From: Takakia lepidozioides
Taxonomy: Eukaryota; Plantae; Bryophyta
DNA length: 64,000 nucleotides
Reading direction: 5' to 3'
Assembly (NCBI GenBank): GCA_030704615.1
Contig: CM060734.1
Span: 3,224,001 to 3,288,000 of the forward strand
The translations under genes were made by a program, and so were the position numbers. Under the pieces are notes generated by a model, which was given only the letters and a program-made list of their open reading frames with translations, was not told where the DNA came from and searched no databases. Positions 1 to 13,055 of this stretch are shown piece by piece (position 1 is the stretch's first letter; each line of letters starts with the position of its first letter).

Positions 1-34
1 GCTAAAACCACCGCCGTCCTAAAACCACCGACCT

Positions 35-325
35 TGGTATTTTGGCGCCGAAATTCCCAAGAGCAGTGTGCTAAAGTGGTGTTTTGAAGACATCCACCGG
101 GGTATTTCGGCGCCAAAATCTCCTCTTAAAATGTGATATACTGCGGTATTTTATGGCGCAGAGCGGGCTATTTTGGCGCCAAAATACCCTGGTGGAATGT
201 GCTGAAGTGCCTTGTGCTGAAGGCTTCCATCGTGATATTTTGGTGCAGTAATTCCTTCGTGGAATTTTATAAGGCCCATATTATGAAGGCGCACACTGGG
301 CTATTTCGGCGGCAGAAATTTCCAA
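35..325. repeat. Dispersed TATTTYGGCGCCRAAAT quasi-palindromes downstream of the ParB-MTase gene
   Basis: GGCGCC cores at 44, 109 and 175, with degenerate copies near 153 and 305. Similar motifs occur at 3115-3135, 3180-3198 and 4398-4415. Confidence 0.65.
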
Positions 326-567
326 TAGGAATGTTAGAAACGGCAGGGTTTTCATGGCTTCAAGTTCCCGGCTCGCTGGTGTGCATAATTTACTTGTAGG
401 GTTCTTTACTTAAGTTTGCGTCTCTTCTGCTTTTATTATACATTTAGATTGCCGGAAGAAATGTAGGGAATCGGACATGCAGTCTGAACACAATGATTTT
501 TGAAATCGTCAATATTTTCATTAAGTGTTTCAGAACTATACAACAAAAGGATCCAAATGAGACTTTG

Positions 568-3500
568 CTATGGCGAGGATCCGCGATCACTGTCCGATGC
601 ATCCCCGGCCTCATGCAATGATGGCTGCCTTCCACCTGCCTCCGAACCTGCACTGCCGCTACCGCTGTTACTCTGAGAAGCCCTCCCCTCAAAAATACCA
701 TCCTCACCAGCCGAAACTGTCCACCTGGGTGCGGAACTGTCCTCATCATCCCCCTCGCTCTCGGACGCGGATTCTATGACGAACTTGCCTACTCTGCCTT
801 TCACAATTCTATGTTTGGCCTCACGCCTCATTATAATTCTGTGCTCATTCCCGAATATCAATTGCTCAAACCGAGTAGGCCTATCCTCCCTCATGATGGC
901 TTCTCTGGCAGCCGTGTCTGCATAGGCTGGAAGAAAAAGGGCTTCTGGGGACTCGCGAGAAACGATTTTCTGGCAAATAATGGCCAATGCGATTCTGTCT
1001 CCTCCTCTGCAACAGGGTCCGATTCGGGCAAGTCTCCCAGCATTTCCTCGTCGGACGACTCTGCAAGGCTGAGTGTACGCACAAACATAGAATGAAGCAC
1101 ATTAGAGCATTCAAACAGGGAATCATCGGCAGGTTGCATGGTCCCCACAACCGAAACCAATACACTTACTATGGTGCGACTCACTCGAAGACAAGCATTG
1201 GAGGAAGCGGCTTCAGGCGCCCCTGCATCGTATGAATTTCCTGGACTTCCTCCTCTTCCTCTTCCTCCTCCCCTTCCAAGTCCTCTTCTGCGTTTTTGGG
1301 ATCCTCAGTCGGAGACAGACGCTGTAGGCCCGCCAAATTGAAATCGTACAAGGCCGTATCCCCCTCAAATGAGAACACAAATCGGTTGGACATCCTTCCC
1401 GCCCACATACAGGCACCTGCAAATTCATACGACACAAGCACAGCCAAACTCAAGAATGAGTCGCTTCCTCGCACAAGCAAACATACACAATCGGAAATGG
1501 TGTCAATTTCGGTGCCGCAATCACTTAACGCTCTCACCTGTATTTGCAGTGACGTCGAGGACCCTGCCTTCAACATCCATACACGTTTTCATGAGCGTCT
1601 GGATGATGCTGGACTCCTGGTCCTGCCATACCTCACGGCTGGCCCGACAAATCACACAAAGCATGTCTTCTCTCCCCACATGGTTGAAGAGGACGTTATA
1701 CTCCAGTGGATCAACTGTGGAATCACAAGTCTTCCTGCTTGACGTAATTTGAATTCGAATGATCCTTCATGAAGCAGAATGCCTGAAAGATAAGAGTCTG
1801 CAAAGAAGGAAATGAAAACGTCAGAGGTGGCCCTACATGTACTGGGCAATTTCGGCGAGAAAGAAATTGGCATAGGAGAAACCACAACATACCCTTCTGG
1901 CCATCGTTTAGAAAGACTGGTGTTGAGCAAGTCAGATCGTTTTCAGGATGGGTGCCGCACTTCTCCCCGTCCATACTTGACTATCATTCTCAGTGACTTC
2001 TCCATCGGCTGCTAGCACAACAACACAGCCAGCGTCGTCCAAATGTTGGCGCGAACCGAATGTGTGGCTCCAGTATCTTTCGTCGTACTTGTTCCAAAAG
2101 GTTAGGTAGTGAGCACAGCCCCAGTATCTCATTGCCATACCGGGATATCCACAAGGAATCTGTTGTCGATGGAGGATTTCCACCCCCTTGCCCCCGGACT
2201 AGGCTCTTTGCGTGGCTCATCGCCACAAAATACTCCATCATCTTTGTGTAGCCAGGAGTGTCCTCCATATCATTGCGCAGGGGCCTTCTCTTCCCATACC
2301 CTGGTGGGCGTCGATCGCCTTCCGCAATTCGGTTATCTCCAGCCTTCTGGTCAGAGCAGTTAGGAAATTTCATTACCACACTCCACAATTGTGGGTGTTT
2401 TGTTGGGACTTCCCTGCCCGCAATGAGCAACGCACGGTAGGGTTTGCCAAGGTGCATATCTCGCATAGGGATACGCCGCAGACGGGGACCACGAGCGCTG
2501 GCCCTGTGAATTTTCGGACGAGGTGTGGCCCCCTGGGTGTTATCCTGATGGAACAATCGTCGTCGGAATCCTCGTCATCTGGCTGACTATGTTGCTGCTT
2601 CTTCTTCTTGGGTGTGGGGGTCTGTCTTTTTCTCTTGTTTTTTTTTTTCCATTGTTGCGCGGTCTTTTCTTCTTGTCTGGGCTGCTCAGCTGCCTGCTTC
2701 TCATCTGCTCCTTCGCCCAACGCTGCCGCTGGTGACTTTCTCAGTGCTTCTGCTTGGACCTCCTCTGCTTTCAGTCTTTCCGCGTCCTCTGGTTGGGGAT
2801 CCGATTGCGCATTCATAGCCCGCATTTGCTTCCTTCTTCAAGTTAACCTCGAGGAGGTCAACGGTGCCATTGGGAGATCCACACATACCAGGGACAGTCT
2901 CTACAAATGCTCGGCAGCCACTCCTTTAGCCATTACTTTTGTGTAATCGTACCCCGACTCCAGGTGTCCTCCACACCAGGAAGAAAATGGTGAACCTTTG
3001 AATGGCTCCGGACGGAATGAGTGCCAAAGTTTATGTTACCTGCAATCACGAGGCAGTTCAGCATAAAATCATTCTAGTGATGCATCATGCAAGAGGAAGT
3101 TCTCAAATGCACAAGGATTTCGGCACCAAAATAGCAGTGACCGTGCCCAATTACCGAGGCACTCACACTTGCAGAGGTATATTTCGGGCCGCAATACCAC
3201 CGCTGCTTAGCTAATCTCAAAATGCAAATTAGGGGGATGCAATTGGAAAGCAGATTACCTGAACAGGACACGCATTGCCGCTTGTCGGCAACCTCCTGCT
3301 CTTCGATGTATAAGCTGCGTATTTGCCCTTTCAATTTCTTGAAAAAGAGGTTTGCGAAGCGCCCTCGCCATGACTGCACGTAGTTCTCATGGTTGTAGGC
3401 TTCGTCCAGTCGATCTGTAATTGAAAGTGGTGGTGTGGCAATCCAATGCTCCTGGGGTGGGCAGTACCTTCAGCATTGCAGGTTCAAAACATCATGAGTT

Positions 3501-5716
3501 GAAATTGCAAATGATGTCAACACACAGAAGAGGAGGAAATATACGTGATGCCCCCAAGTCATCATCACATTGAGACAGTCGGTCATTTTGTCGTCTGTTG
3601 GCTCGATGGGAAAGTGGTACAAAAGTTCGTGTTTGTATGGCCGTTCCAGATGCGCAGCCACTCGTCTGCATGGACTAACATCGGTCAGACAAGAACTTCA
3701 TCATGACAATCGCGAGAAGACACAAAACAAGAACAAAACACATGCTTACCTTCTCCGCCGCCAAACACAGGCACAATGCGAGTGTGATGAAGTTTTCTCC
3801 ATGGACATTTCCGGTTTCATGGGTCTGGAGTAATGCCAGTCTATCTCCGCCAGGAACTCGACACCAAGACCAGGGTCAGCGATCGTTGCAATTTGCTTAA
3901 AAAGTTTGGACCGGAATTGGTCCGTGATTGCATTACTTGCCTGCACAATGTGGATCTTTATCGACGCGTCCGCTTGTTGGGGGCTTCATGCTCAAAGACT
4001 GCTTTTGGCTAGGCCAGATCCCGATGTTCGTCTGCATTCCCATACCAGAGGATACAGTTAGGCCACGGATCCCGCAACAAATAGCATTAAATCGGGAAAT
4101 TTGAGATGAACCTCAACGAATAGAGGATCTCCACCATGGCGTCCAGTGGGACGGTATAGGTGCGATCTTTTGCTTCGCAAGGGACTTCCTGTATAGATCG
4201 GGATGAGGGATTTTTGGAAGTCCATCAGCGGTGCTGTTCCCACTTCTTGCACTCTGTAGAGCGTATGTGCCAGATGAGTTTCCACGAAGGCCCTCTATGT
4301 TACCTGCCATTGAGAAAAAAACAACAAACGAAAATATGATTTCGGCACAACAATCCAATTCCAGTTCATAGAGTGCATGAAGGCAAGACCATTTGTCTAT
4401 TTCGGCGCCGCAATAGGCAGTACACCAGGAGTAGTTGTATACTTACAGATTTATATACACCATGGCACCCTTCATAGTCCTCTGTCCATGACGTCCACCT
4501 ACGGGGACAATGCAGTCCACCATGTAAAGCCAACTGATATCTTGCGGATGCATTTCAGCAATGTACTATGTCCAGGCAAGCATCCTGTGGTTCCCGTCCC
4601 AAACGAAGAACATCTTCCTTCCATGTGTGCGAATGTGGGATTAGTCTTCAGAGAGGCTTCAAACTCGGCATTTACAGTGTGCCAGTGGGGGCTCCAATTC
4701 TGAAGCTCCTCTGCAGTGGGGCCCCTTGTGACACCCTGGTCATTCTCAATGGAAACGTAGAATGCTGCCGACCCCCGTCTATACCCCTATCTGAAGTTGT
4801 GCTTCAGTCGATCGATGTCCCCTGGCAGTGCTTGCCTACAACTGGAAGGCTACCATGCGACACAAAGGAACTTTGAGGTTCTCCGGATACACCATGGAGC
4901 CCAAAACGCGGCCTATGTTGCTATGAGTCTCTGCCAGCAACCTGTTTGCTGCTATGTTCATGTCTCGTGCGCTCATGAGCATACCCGCCACCAGTTTCTT
5001 ACTTCCAGCACCTCTCTCACTTCCCTCACCCCTCTCACCAGCCTGTCTACTGTCCTAGAGGTTTTGCTCCTCCGCAAGCTCCAGCAGGTTCTGATCGTCG
5101 TCAAGTCGCACCACGTTGTCGTCCTCTGCTTCTGTCAGCTCAATGGGCCGCCCTTCTGCAGATCCGACTCCGACATCTCCAGCGGCCTCCACCGCATCCG
5201 TGTTTTTCTGAAACTGCCTGCAAACCCAATATCTCCGCTTCCAGTCTCCCTAGTGGTTTTACTGGTGAAGCCATGGGCTCCTTCTGCTTCCTCGGCTTCC
5301 GAATTCTAGGTGGGCTTTTCTGAGGCGATATCTGAGGTGTTGAATGAGGACTCGCCTGCCTCGATGCACTTCCACCTTGCGAGCGCAGCACCCGGGCAGG
5401 AGTATCCAAAGTTGATTGTGTTGCCTCGCCCCCCTGCGATCCCTCCCCAGCTCCCATGTCAAACAAACAGGAAACATGAGACACTGCAGGCCAAAAAAAA
5501 AGGTGTAAAAAGAATAGTGCGTATGGAGTGCTTCACATCCGCGAAGCACGAATCTCTCACTGGTGGGCGATCCGAGTCTCCGGATAACGATGTCTGCATT
5601 TCCTGCATGAGACGGAGCTTAAGTCGTGTCGTCGGCGGCTTCCCAAAATCCCGCGTCCTCCTCTTTGCCGGAGTCGCCTGACCTTCCACAAACTCTATGC
5701 TATCACTATGCTGCAT
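568..5716 (-). pseudogene. Multi-exon gene: ParB/Srx-like domain + Cys-rich linker + beta-class N4C/N6A DNA methyltransferase-like domain (frameshifted in this assembly; ends approximate)
   Basis: Manual minus-strand translation gives LKVPLCRMVAF..VRQALPGDIDRLKHNF..GYRRGSAAFYVS (~4880-4750) and MFFVWDGNHRMLAW (4613-4572). It then gives VDIP[+g]YG (2152-2134), followed across a further frameshift by WNKYDE..QHLDDAGCVVVLAADG. IIQTLMKTCMDVEGRVLDVTANTG (to 1538) is joined by a phase-correct GTGAG..TTTGCAG intron (1537-1417) to ACMWAGRMSNRFVFSFEGD, then an acidic tail. Confidence 0.7.
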
Positions 5717-6096
5717 AAGGAGAGGAAACGCAGGAGAATGTCACTGCAGAAGGGCAAGGAGCGAGAGAGCGAAGCGGTGGAACATGCAACCACTATGCAC
5801 GAGCAGATGCGTAAGCAGCCACGTCTCCGAAAGCGTTGCCACCGTCCACCACTTTTCTGCCGTATGGGTGATGAAGAAGATTGCGACCCCTGACACGTTC
5901 ACTTTGAAGACTGGAACACGACGCGTGCTGTTCAAGCCACCAGTAGCAGACGCTTTATCCGAATTGCGGCACGCCGAAATACCGTTCCGTTCACCGGATG
6001 CTGTTTTCCGGAGCAGCCGACATTGAATGAAATATCCGCACATCACGAAACCCAACCGCCATGAAAATCCCCTGCCTATGACATTCAACAGTGAGG

Positions 6097-6596
6097 NNNN
6101 NNNNNNNNNNNNNNNNNNNNNNNNNNNNNNNNNNNNNNNNNNNNNNNNNNNNNNNNNNNNNNNNNNNNNNNNNNNNNNNNNNNNNNNNNNNNNNNNNNNN
6201 NNNNNNNNNNNNNNNNNNNNNNNNNNNNNNNNNNNNNNNNNNNNNNNNNNNNNNNNNNNNNNNNNNNNNNNNNNNNNNNNNNNNNNNNNNNNNNNNNNNN
6301 NNNNNNNNNNNNNNNNNNNNNNNNNNNNNNNNNNNNNNNNNNNNNNNNNNNNNNNNNNNNNNNNNNNNNNNNNNNNNNNNNNNNNNNNNNNNNNNNNNNN
6401 NNNNNNNNNNNNNNNNNNNNNNNNNNNNNNNNNNNNNNNNNNNNNNNNNNNNNNNNNNNNNNNNNNNNNNNNNNNNNNNNNNNNNNNNNNNNNNNNNNNN
6501 NNNNNNNNNNNNNNNNNNNNNNNNNNNNNNNNNNNNNNNNNNNNNNNNNNNNNNNNNNNNNNNNNNNNNNNNNNNNNNNNNNNNNNNNNNNNNNNN
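6097..6596. other. Assembly gap (500 N)
   Basis: Run of N. ORFs spanning it are artefacts. Confidence 1.
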
Positions 6597-6711
6597 GACT
6601 TCAAGTATAGCCAAGGTGCATTGAAGCTTGAAAGAACCCATGCATATACGAGAGATATTACAGAAAGAGTTTTGGTTATTGCCACATTAAAAGAAATGAA
6701 AGACATGGGAC

Positions 6712-8668
6712 ATGAGTGATTGAAAGAGAAGCTAGACGCCAGAGATATTCAGCAAAAAGAGAAAGCTATCTGAAAGCTAATTATCCATATCTTTGGGAGA
6801 GAGGAATAGACATAGGGATCATCTGGACCTCTCACACCATTAGATCAAAGAGTACATCACCCATACCGGAAGAACTAGAGTTGGATGCACTCCTTCTGTT
6901 TCTTTGCAAGAAAGATTAAGGGAATTGGTACAGGAGAAGATCAATCACGAGGTGAAAGATCTGAGGGTACATCCCTGGATAAAGATTTGACAGAAATCTT
7001 TGATAAGAGTTGGCATGGAACACCAAAAGCAGGAACTCCAGTTTCTGAAGCGGAAGGTGAAGAAGGAGAAGAGGATGTGGCAGAGCCAACGGAGAGTTCA
7101 GACTCTCCAACACCATTACAGTTGAGTTACATGAGTGAAGAAGAAACCCAAGGGCAAAACTTGGAGATGAAAACATAGAGAAGAAATTGGAAGAGAAAGA
7201 TACAAGAAGTAGACCCAACAGCTGAGGTTGAGACTACAACCAGGACATCCCAACCCGTTGGACCTGGATCAAGTGGAGCACTTGGATCACAGGCCAACGA
7301 AGGTGTCGGCTCAGGGGGATCAGGCGGGCTGCCTGGATCTGGCACTGGGGGGACAGGGAGTGTGGGAAGTAGTGCAACTGAAGCTGGGAATACTGCGAAT
7401 ATCGTGGGGCCGAAAGCAGGGAGTGCTCAAGGGCCACCACTTGGTGGAAGATCCACCACAAAAACAATAGGTCCAGAAGGACCAGCACCAGCAAGGGTGC
7501 CAGCACCTGTCAGTGGGCAGAAGGTAGGGCCACAGATGGCGTTACAACCAACACGGGCAAAACCACCCTTTCCAATATATTCAGGAAGAGGGGATCCCGA
7601 TGTACACATTAGCCAATTTGAGCACATGTGTATAGTGAACAATGAGAATGGCGATGATGCCAAGATGAGATTGTTTCCTTGTTCACTTATCAAGAAAGCA
7701 AGTGAATGGTATGCAAGATTCCTGATAATCATTTCCTAACCTGGAATGGCTTGAATACAACATTTCGAAATAGGTTCAGGACAAGTAAAACTGAAGATGA
7801 AGTGTATGGAAGTTTACAACAGTTAAAGCAAAAGAAGCATGAAACTGTTGAGGAGTATATGGAAAAGATGGAATTGATGATGAAAAAGCTAGCTGCAGTA
7901 CCAGCACCCGGTTTATAGAAGACTTGGTTTGTGAGTGGACTAAGACCAGAGTTGCAAAAGAAAGTGGATATGTTACCCCATAATACAGTGGAGGAGGCAT
8001 TTGAAACTGCAAACAGAATTGAGCAATTGGGAATGCTCAGGAGAGAGAAAAGGGATGATGAGGACTCTGAGGATGAGTCAGATGAAGAAGAAGAGCAAGA
8101 ACTAAAAAGGAAGAGTAAGAGAAAGGAGAAGTTGAAGAGGGATAACTATGAAAAAAGATTGGAAGAAATCTTGAAGAAGTATGCCACAGAGGCTGCAACA
8201 CATTGGAGGAAGGGTGTATGGTGTGCAAAGTGCCAGAATGAAGGCCATACCACCACAGAATGACACATGAAGGAGAAACACTGTACTATCTGTAAAATGG
8301 ATAACCATTCTACTGAGAATTGTTACTACAACAGAAGGACAGCTGCAAGAGAACCTAGGCAAGTAAGGGTGCATCAGGTGCAGCCCCAGCCAAGAAGAAA
8401 CAATGATCAGGACCACTATGGTAGGTCTGGTGGTTATAACAATGGCATGGAAGGGAGAGGTAATTCAAGAGGAAATTACCAAGGAAATTCTAGAGGCAAC
8501 TATCAGGGTAATCCAAGGAGGAATTACCAAACCGGGAATCAGGATTACAGAAATAATCCAAGAACAGACCAAGGGCGAGGACCCAATGGTGAAGAACTAT
8601 GATACTATTGTAATCAGTCAGGACATCGCAGGGCAGCCTATTCATTCTGGATAAGACACCAGAATGAG
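6712..8668 (+). pseudogene. gag: gag (acidic and Gly/Ser-rich N-terminus, capsid core, three CCHC knuckles), disrupted
   Basis: PPFPIYSGRGDPDVHISQFEHMC, AKMRLFPCSL and FVSGLRPEL. Knuckles are CAKCQNEGHTTTE*, CTICKMDNHSTENC and a decayed CYYCNQxGHRxAxC (intact in the 38373-39611 copy). RGNYQGN repeats are present. Confidence 0.88.
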
Positions 8669-11600
8669 ATGAGAGCTCCTGTGAATGAGGGCCCAGTGGT
8701 GGCAGCTCACATGGTTAGGCCATGTGTTGTACCAGAAGTAAGTACAATGATAGTAACCAGAAGCAAAGCCAAACTAATACCTCCAGTAGTAGAGGAAGAA
8801 GATGATAATGAAGGTGGCAATGATATGCCTGAAGATGAAGAGACTTGGAAAGATGAGAAGGAACTGCACAAGGAAGTGGCAGATACTATAAGGGAAATGC
8901 AGAAGAGTACTGATATTCCTGTGGCAGATTCCTCTGATTCTGATGGAGAAGAAGAAGGGAGTGAGGAAGAAAGGAAGAAAGAAGATGTAGACATGCAAAG
9001 TAATGAAGAGACTTTGGCTGAAGTAATATGCCAGACCAAAGCAGAAATTACCATTGGACAGCTATTAGCTGTGGCACCTTATTGTAGGCACAGGCTGTAT
9101 CAAGCAATCGATCGAATTGCGCAGGAGACAGGAAACACAGACCTGAATAGCAAGGTGACCAGTTATAATGTGAAGCCGGAAGGGCGAGAAACAGTCATGG
9201 ACTTTGATGATTCTATGCCAGTAATCCAATTGAGAATTGGAAGCACAGAACTAACTGATGTACTGATAGATGGAGGTTCTGGAGTAAATATCATGACAGA
9301 CCAATTAAGGAAGAAGCTTGGTCTAAGTAACATGAAACCAGCCCCATTTACAGTAACAATGGCAGATCAAAGAAGTGTACAGCCATTGGGATTGATAAGA
9401 GGAGTTAAGATACAGATACAGAAGATGATCTTTATGATCACAGTAACTGTGTTGAAGATGGATGAAGTCATGGAGGCTTACTCCTTATTATTGGGACGTC
9501 CGTGGCTGAAACAGGCCAGGGTATTCCATGACTGGAATTCTCAGTTACTAACCGTGCATAATGGGATGCACGAGATACAAATTACCACAAAGAAATCTAG
9601 TAGATTACCTGCTACAAGAAGACCTCGAGGAGTCAGAGAGTATGACTGGAAAGGAGGACTGGATGAGGAGCAGGAAGCTACCCTATTTGCTGCACACCCA
9701 GAGTGGGAGCAGGTTGCAGAGATGCGGCTGGAAAGCCTAAGTTGTTTAAGAGGTATCTGTTGTGGTGTAGTGACAGCAACACCAACTGAAGAGGAAACCA
9801 GCAGTTACCCATCACATTTCTATGAGGAAAGAGAAGGAGAAATGGAAATCCTAGAGGAACCAGCCACTGAGAGCTTACAGGATGAAGTGGTGACTGGTTG
9901 GACAATCACAGCTGATGAGCAAGTGAGGGAAGTAAATGTGGGAACTAAAGAGGAACCAAGGATGGTGAAAGTAGGAGCTGATTTGGAGCCGGAGTTCTTT
10001 GAAGAAGCTAAAAGCTTGTTCATCAAATACAGAGATGTATTTGCTTGGAGTTATGAGGATTTAAAAGGGATACCACCTGAAGTCTGCCAGCATAAGATTG
10101 AACTGGAACCAGGGTCAGTACCAATCAAGCAGGCGAGGTACAAAATGAATCCCAACTACGCACAGAAGGTTGGAGAAGAGATTAAGAAGTTGGCTGAGGC
10201 TAAGTTTATATACCCAATAGAGTATACAACTTGGTTGTCACCCATTGTTATAGTTCCAAGAAGAATGGTAAACTAAGAGTTTGTGTGAACTACAAGAAGC
10301 TGAATGCTTGTACGAAGAAAGATCCTTTCCCTTTGCCATTCACAGAAGCAGTATTAGACACTGTGGCAGGCCATGAGATGTACTCATTCATGGATGGTTT
10401 CAGTGGTTATAATCAAGTGCAAGTGGCAGAAGAAGACCAAGGAAAAACAAATTTCATCACAGATTGGGGGGCTTATGCATACAAAGTCATGCCCTTTGGA
10501 CTTTGTAATGCACCAACGACCTTTCAGAGAGTGATAAGTGAATCTTTTCATGAGTATCTGGATGATTTCATGCAGGTATTCTTGGATGATTTCAGTGTGT
10601 ACAGCTCTAAGAATGAGCACTTGCATAAATTGGAGTTATGTCTGGCCAGATGCAGGATGAGAGGCCTGGGCCTGAATCCAGAGAAGTGTACTTTCTGTGT
10701 GAACTCAGGGGTGCTTCTAGGACACATTGTGTGTAAGAAGGGACTTCTTGTGGATCCCAGAAAGACAGAGTCCATTAAAGCCTCTCCACCACCAGTGAAT
10801 GTTAAAAGTCTAAGGAGATTCCTTGGGCAAACCAGTTATTACAGAAGATTTGTCAAAAGGTATGCACAAATAGCAGCACCATTGAGCAAGCTTCTGAAGA
10901 AAGATGCAGTGTTTGCCTGGACAGCTGAATGTCAGCAGGCGTTTGAGGAACTTACACTGTCAGTAACAACTACACCTGTGCTGATTAACCCTCACTGGCA
11001 TGTAGTATTTCATGTTCACTGCGATGCATCAGGAGAAGCGTTGGGAGCGGTGTTAGCCCAGAATGTTACAGGAAATATAGATTCACCTGTGTACTATGCT
11101 AGCAGGTTGATGAACAGTGCTGAAAGGAACTATAGCACAACGGAAAGAGAAGCATTGGCAATGATCTATGCAGTGAGGAAATTCAGGCATTACTTGTTGG
11201 GCAAGAAGTTTATGTTCTATGTGGATCACCAGGCTCTGATATACCTGGTAAACAAACCTCTGATAAGCGGAAGAATAGCAAGATGGTTGATAATCTTGCA
11301 CGAGTTTGAGTTCGAGGTTGTTTACAAGCCTGGGAGACTGCATCTTGTGGCGGATCACTTGTCACGGTTATCAACAGGAGAACCAGCCACAGGAATAGAT
11401 GATCAATTACCAGATGCGAGTCTATTTGCAGTGGAGGTGCAGGGAAGTGCAGATGACTGGTTAGATTGGCAGTGGCCAATCAGATACTACCTTGCTCATG
11501 GTCAGTGCCCACCTAGTTATGGTAAGGAGCAGAGGAAGAGAATCGCTATCAAAGCTTTACCTTATACTATGGTAGGAAGCAGAATGTATAAGCTAGGACC

Positions 11601-12720
11601 TGATGGAGTACTAAAACGATGCTTGTACCACCATGAAGTAAATAAAGTTTTGGAGGAAGTTCATAAAGGAGTGGCTGGAGGTCATTTTGGAGAAGAGACT
11701 ACCAGTAGGAAGATACTACTCGCAGGTTACTGGTGGCCTACTTTGTTCAAAGATGTACACGAGTATTGTCAGAGTTGTGATGAATGTCAGAGGCTATGAC
11801 CTTTGCAGAGATCTGGAAGGATGGCCTTGCATCCTACAATGCCTACGGAACCATTTCAGAAATGGGGACTAGACTTTGTTGGACCAATTAACCCACCAGC
11901 CAAGAATACACGGAACAGGTACATAATTACAGCCACTGATTATACTACGAAGTGGGTGGAAGCTAAAGCTTTGAGGGACAACACAGCCAAGTCCACGCAA
12001 GGTTCCTGTACGAGAACATACTTACACGATTTGGCTGTCCCTTAGAATTTATCAGTGATCAGGGAAGTCACTTCATGAATAAGACCATTGAGTTGTTGAC
12101 TAAAGAGTTCATGATTGTGCATAGAAAGAGTACAACATATTACCCACAGAGTAATGGGCAGGCAGAGGCTACCAACAAAATACTATGCACTATCTTGGCT
12201 CAGATAGTCAATGCAAACAGAATGGATTGGGATACAAAGCTGTTGACATCTTTGTGGTCATACAGGACTTCCTATAAAGTCACCACTAAGTATACACCAT
12301 TCCAATTAGTTTATGGCATGGAAGCCTTACTTCCAGTGGAATTCCTGTTACCTACCATGAGAACGGAGTGGGGAAAGAAAATGGAATTGCAAGATTCCAT
12401 TAAGGTCAGGAAACATGAATTATACCATGTGGAAGAAGTACGTGCTGATGCAGCTGATAATATGACCAGAATTCAGATGAAGAGGAAGGAACGGTTTGAT
12501 GAAGGCAAGTTAAAAACTTTTAAGACGGGAGATTTGGTTCTATGGTTGCAGAAAAAGGGAAAGATTAAAGCTTCTAAGCTTAAATCACCATGGAAATGAC
12601 CTTATGTCATACAAAAGATGTATGATAACAACACCGCCATGTTACAAACCATTAACAAAGAAAGGCTGGGAAGAGTCAATGCCAATAAGTTGAAGGGGTA
12701 CAGTGGTATCCATGACAAAC
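8669..12720 (+). pseudogene. pol: pol: aspartic protease, RT, RNase H, integrase (frameshifts/stops)
   Basis: PR: LIDGGSGVNI..LLGRPW. RT: DGFSGYNQV, MPFGLCNAP, VFLDDF. RH: HCDASG, NYSTTEREALA, YVDH. INT: [40 protein letters not shown][G]PY. Confidence 0.93.
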
Positions 12721-12844
12721 CATTGCAGCATGATTTGCATGTTGAAACGCAAGAGCAGTCACGGGCTGCACCAGTGTTACGAACGGAGTATGGAGCACTT
12801 GTCGCTAGGCCGAGCATATATGACCAGGGCGGGCAAAACAAGCG

Positions 12845-13055
12845 TGACACAGCCTATCACAGCCCATCAAGGCGAACCACAGCCTATCACAGCCCATCAA
12901 GGCAAAGCACAGCCTATCACAGCCCAGCACGGCGCAACACAACCTATCACAACCTACCACAGCGTGTCACAACCTATCACAGCTTACCACAGTGCATCAC
13001 AGCCTATCACAACGTACCACAGTATGACACAGCCTGTCACAGCTCAACACAGCCT
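12845..13055 (+). repeat. ~30-bp tandem repeat (CACAGCCTATCACAGCC..) after the integrase
   Basis: About 7 units, read as TAYHSP-like repeats in ORF 12618-13316. The same CACAG motif occurs in the family A LTRs. Confidence 0.8.

Noticed and set aside
568-5716. Bacterial contamination as the source of the ParB-MTase
   Set aside because: A phase-correct GT-AG intron splits motif I, indicating a eukaryotic gene. The join across the gap still needs checking.
5741-6719. ORFs spanning the N-run
   Set aside because: Artefacts of the assembly gap.
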